Part shown: positions 62,690 through 64,000 of the stretch, piece after piece
How positions within the stretch are numbered: position 1 is the stretch's first letter
Layout: each line of letters begins with the position of its first letter
From: Vicugna vicugna
Taxonomy: Eukaryota
Assembly (NCBI GenBank): GCA_013265495.1
Contig: MU058839.1
Coordinates: 124,001-188,000, forward strand
Length of the DNA stretch: 64,000 bases
Direction: 5' to 3'
Program-made: the position numbers and the translations under genes
Notes under the pieces: generated by a model
Told to the model about the DNA's origin: nothing
The model's database searches: none
The model's input: only the letters and a program-made list of their open reading frames with translations

Positions 62690-62812
62690 GGAATAAAGCT
62701 TATAGGCTGTGAAATAAAACAGCTATGAATTCAAGTCTTTGCTCTAGTGTTACTGGTGACGTAACTAACTTCTCTGAACATCACTGTCTTCATTTGTAAA
62801 AACAGGAATTAT
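62690..62812 (+). mobile_element. MIR fragment
   Basis: 'aactaacttctctgaacatcactgtcttcatttgtaaaa'. Confidence 0.65.
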
Positions 62813-64000
62813 TGAGAGAGCTCAGAGGAGTCATCTGTAGTACAGGAGATTAACTAGGGTTAACTGGTAGAAATAAAGGAGTTGATCTGATAAAGGGGAG
62901 GAGCTGTGTAGATGAACCAGAACACAGGGAGAGACGAAGACAAAACAGGGTGAGAAAAAGGCAGAACAATGGCATGATTTTCATTCTTTTCACCAAGGAG
63001 TGGGAAATCTCAGGAGCAAAGTGGGACTCTGGCCAGGTAGAAATAAAGATCTTGTTCAAAAGTATACAATTACGCCCTCCATCAGGTTGCCCTGACAATA
63101 GAATCCTTGCTTTAACATAACATTACAAAGAAAACAATTCTTTGTAATTGAATTAATGTTGCCTTAAGAACTATCTGGGAGGGAGTTTGAAAGGGGATTA
63201 GATTACAGATAAAATTTATGTCAAAACAGAGAACACGATTATGCAAGAAAGGGTTACCTTGTGTCTGAGCACTGGGAAACATCTGGTACTGCTACTCCTC
63301 GGAGCTGACTTTGGTGAGAGTCAGGGGTAAATAATAAATCAGGTACTGTCTGGCACATCTACACTTTGACACCTAGTCTAATCAGAGTGCTGCTTGAGAA
63401 GGAAACCTCCTAAATTGGGAGCCCTGGACTTGGAAATAGCAGGTTGTAGACGTTTGCAAAACCCAGGCCTCCCCAGAGGGCTCTCTTAGCCCCTTACAAC
63501 TGCCTTGGAGGACGGGGTCTGCCTGGAGGAGAGAGAGCAGAATGGATCTCCAGGGATAATGATGCCAACCTCATAGGGTGTATTGAGTTAACTGAGAAAC
63601 TTATTATAAAAGTACATAGCATATTAGTGCATAACAAGTTTGGTTTCCTCACGACCTAAAGCATTTGTCATGGGTTACACATCAACTTTCACTTAAAGTT
63701 GTTTTCATGTTTTAACCTTAGCCCACCCTTCAGGGCAATATAAGATATATGTGTTTATATGTTGCCAAAATCAGACAAGTCAACATTTTTGCCTTGCAAA
63801 CTTATTTGAAGTTTAAACTGCTTACCCAAAATTTAATCTATACTTTTAGGGGCTTAAGAGTTTTCACATGAAAGCCTTAAAATATCACAGAGATTTTCTA
63901 GAGTGAAGAAACAAAAAGCACTATAATAATTGACTTTCTTACTCTCTCTGCCCTGAGACAGTGAGAATGTATCTTGCTAATCTTTGTGTACAAAGCCTGT

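Overview
Mammalian non-coding DNA, intronic or intergenic. It is very probably camelid (alpaca/llama/camel), judging from a tRNA-Ala-derived Vic-1-like SINE and camelid-type L1 3' ends. No host protein-coding exon could be supported: the ORF-track hits are chance ORFs or decayed L1/ERVL remnants. The window is dominated by transposable elements: L1s of several ages, a decayed ERVL provirus (LTR-PBS-gag-pro-partial pol), a ~1.45-kb Charlie1-type hAT element, MaLR/ERVL solo LTRs, MIR, L2 and MER5-like MITEs. The most notable content is a set of unusual L1-machinery products bounded by target-site duplications (TSDs): a tailless 3'-truncated 7SK retrocopy (18601-18834); a tailless 5'-half tRNA-Gly(TCC) retrocopy (49138-49176); an L1 3' transduction with two tails and its own ATTAAA (43634-44163); a 600-bp mini-L1 made only of 5'UTR plus 3' end (60781-61383); a 5'UTR-to-ORF2 fused L1 (29950-33290); and four short young L1 3' ends that all truncate at or just 3' of the G-rich tract. 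A CpG-retaining, MEF2/E-box-rich unique segment at ~28.65-29.3 kb is the best regulatory candidate. Repeat family names come from recalled consensus similarity, not a database search. Boundaries of old repeats are approximate.
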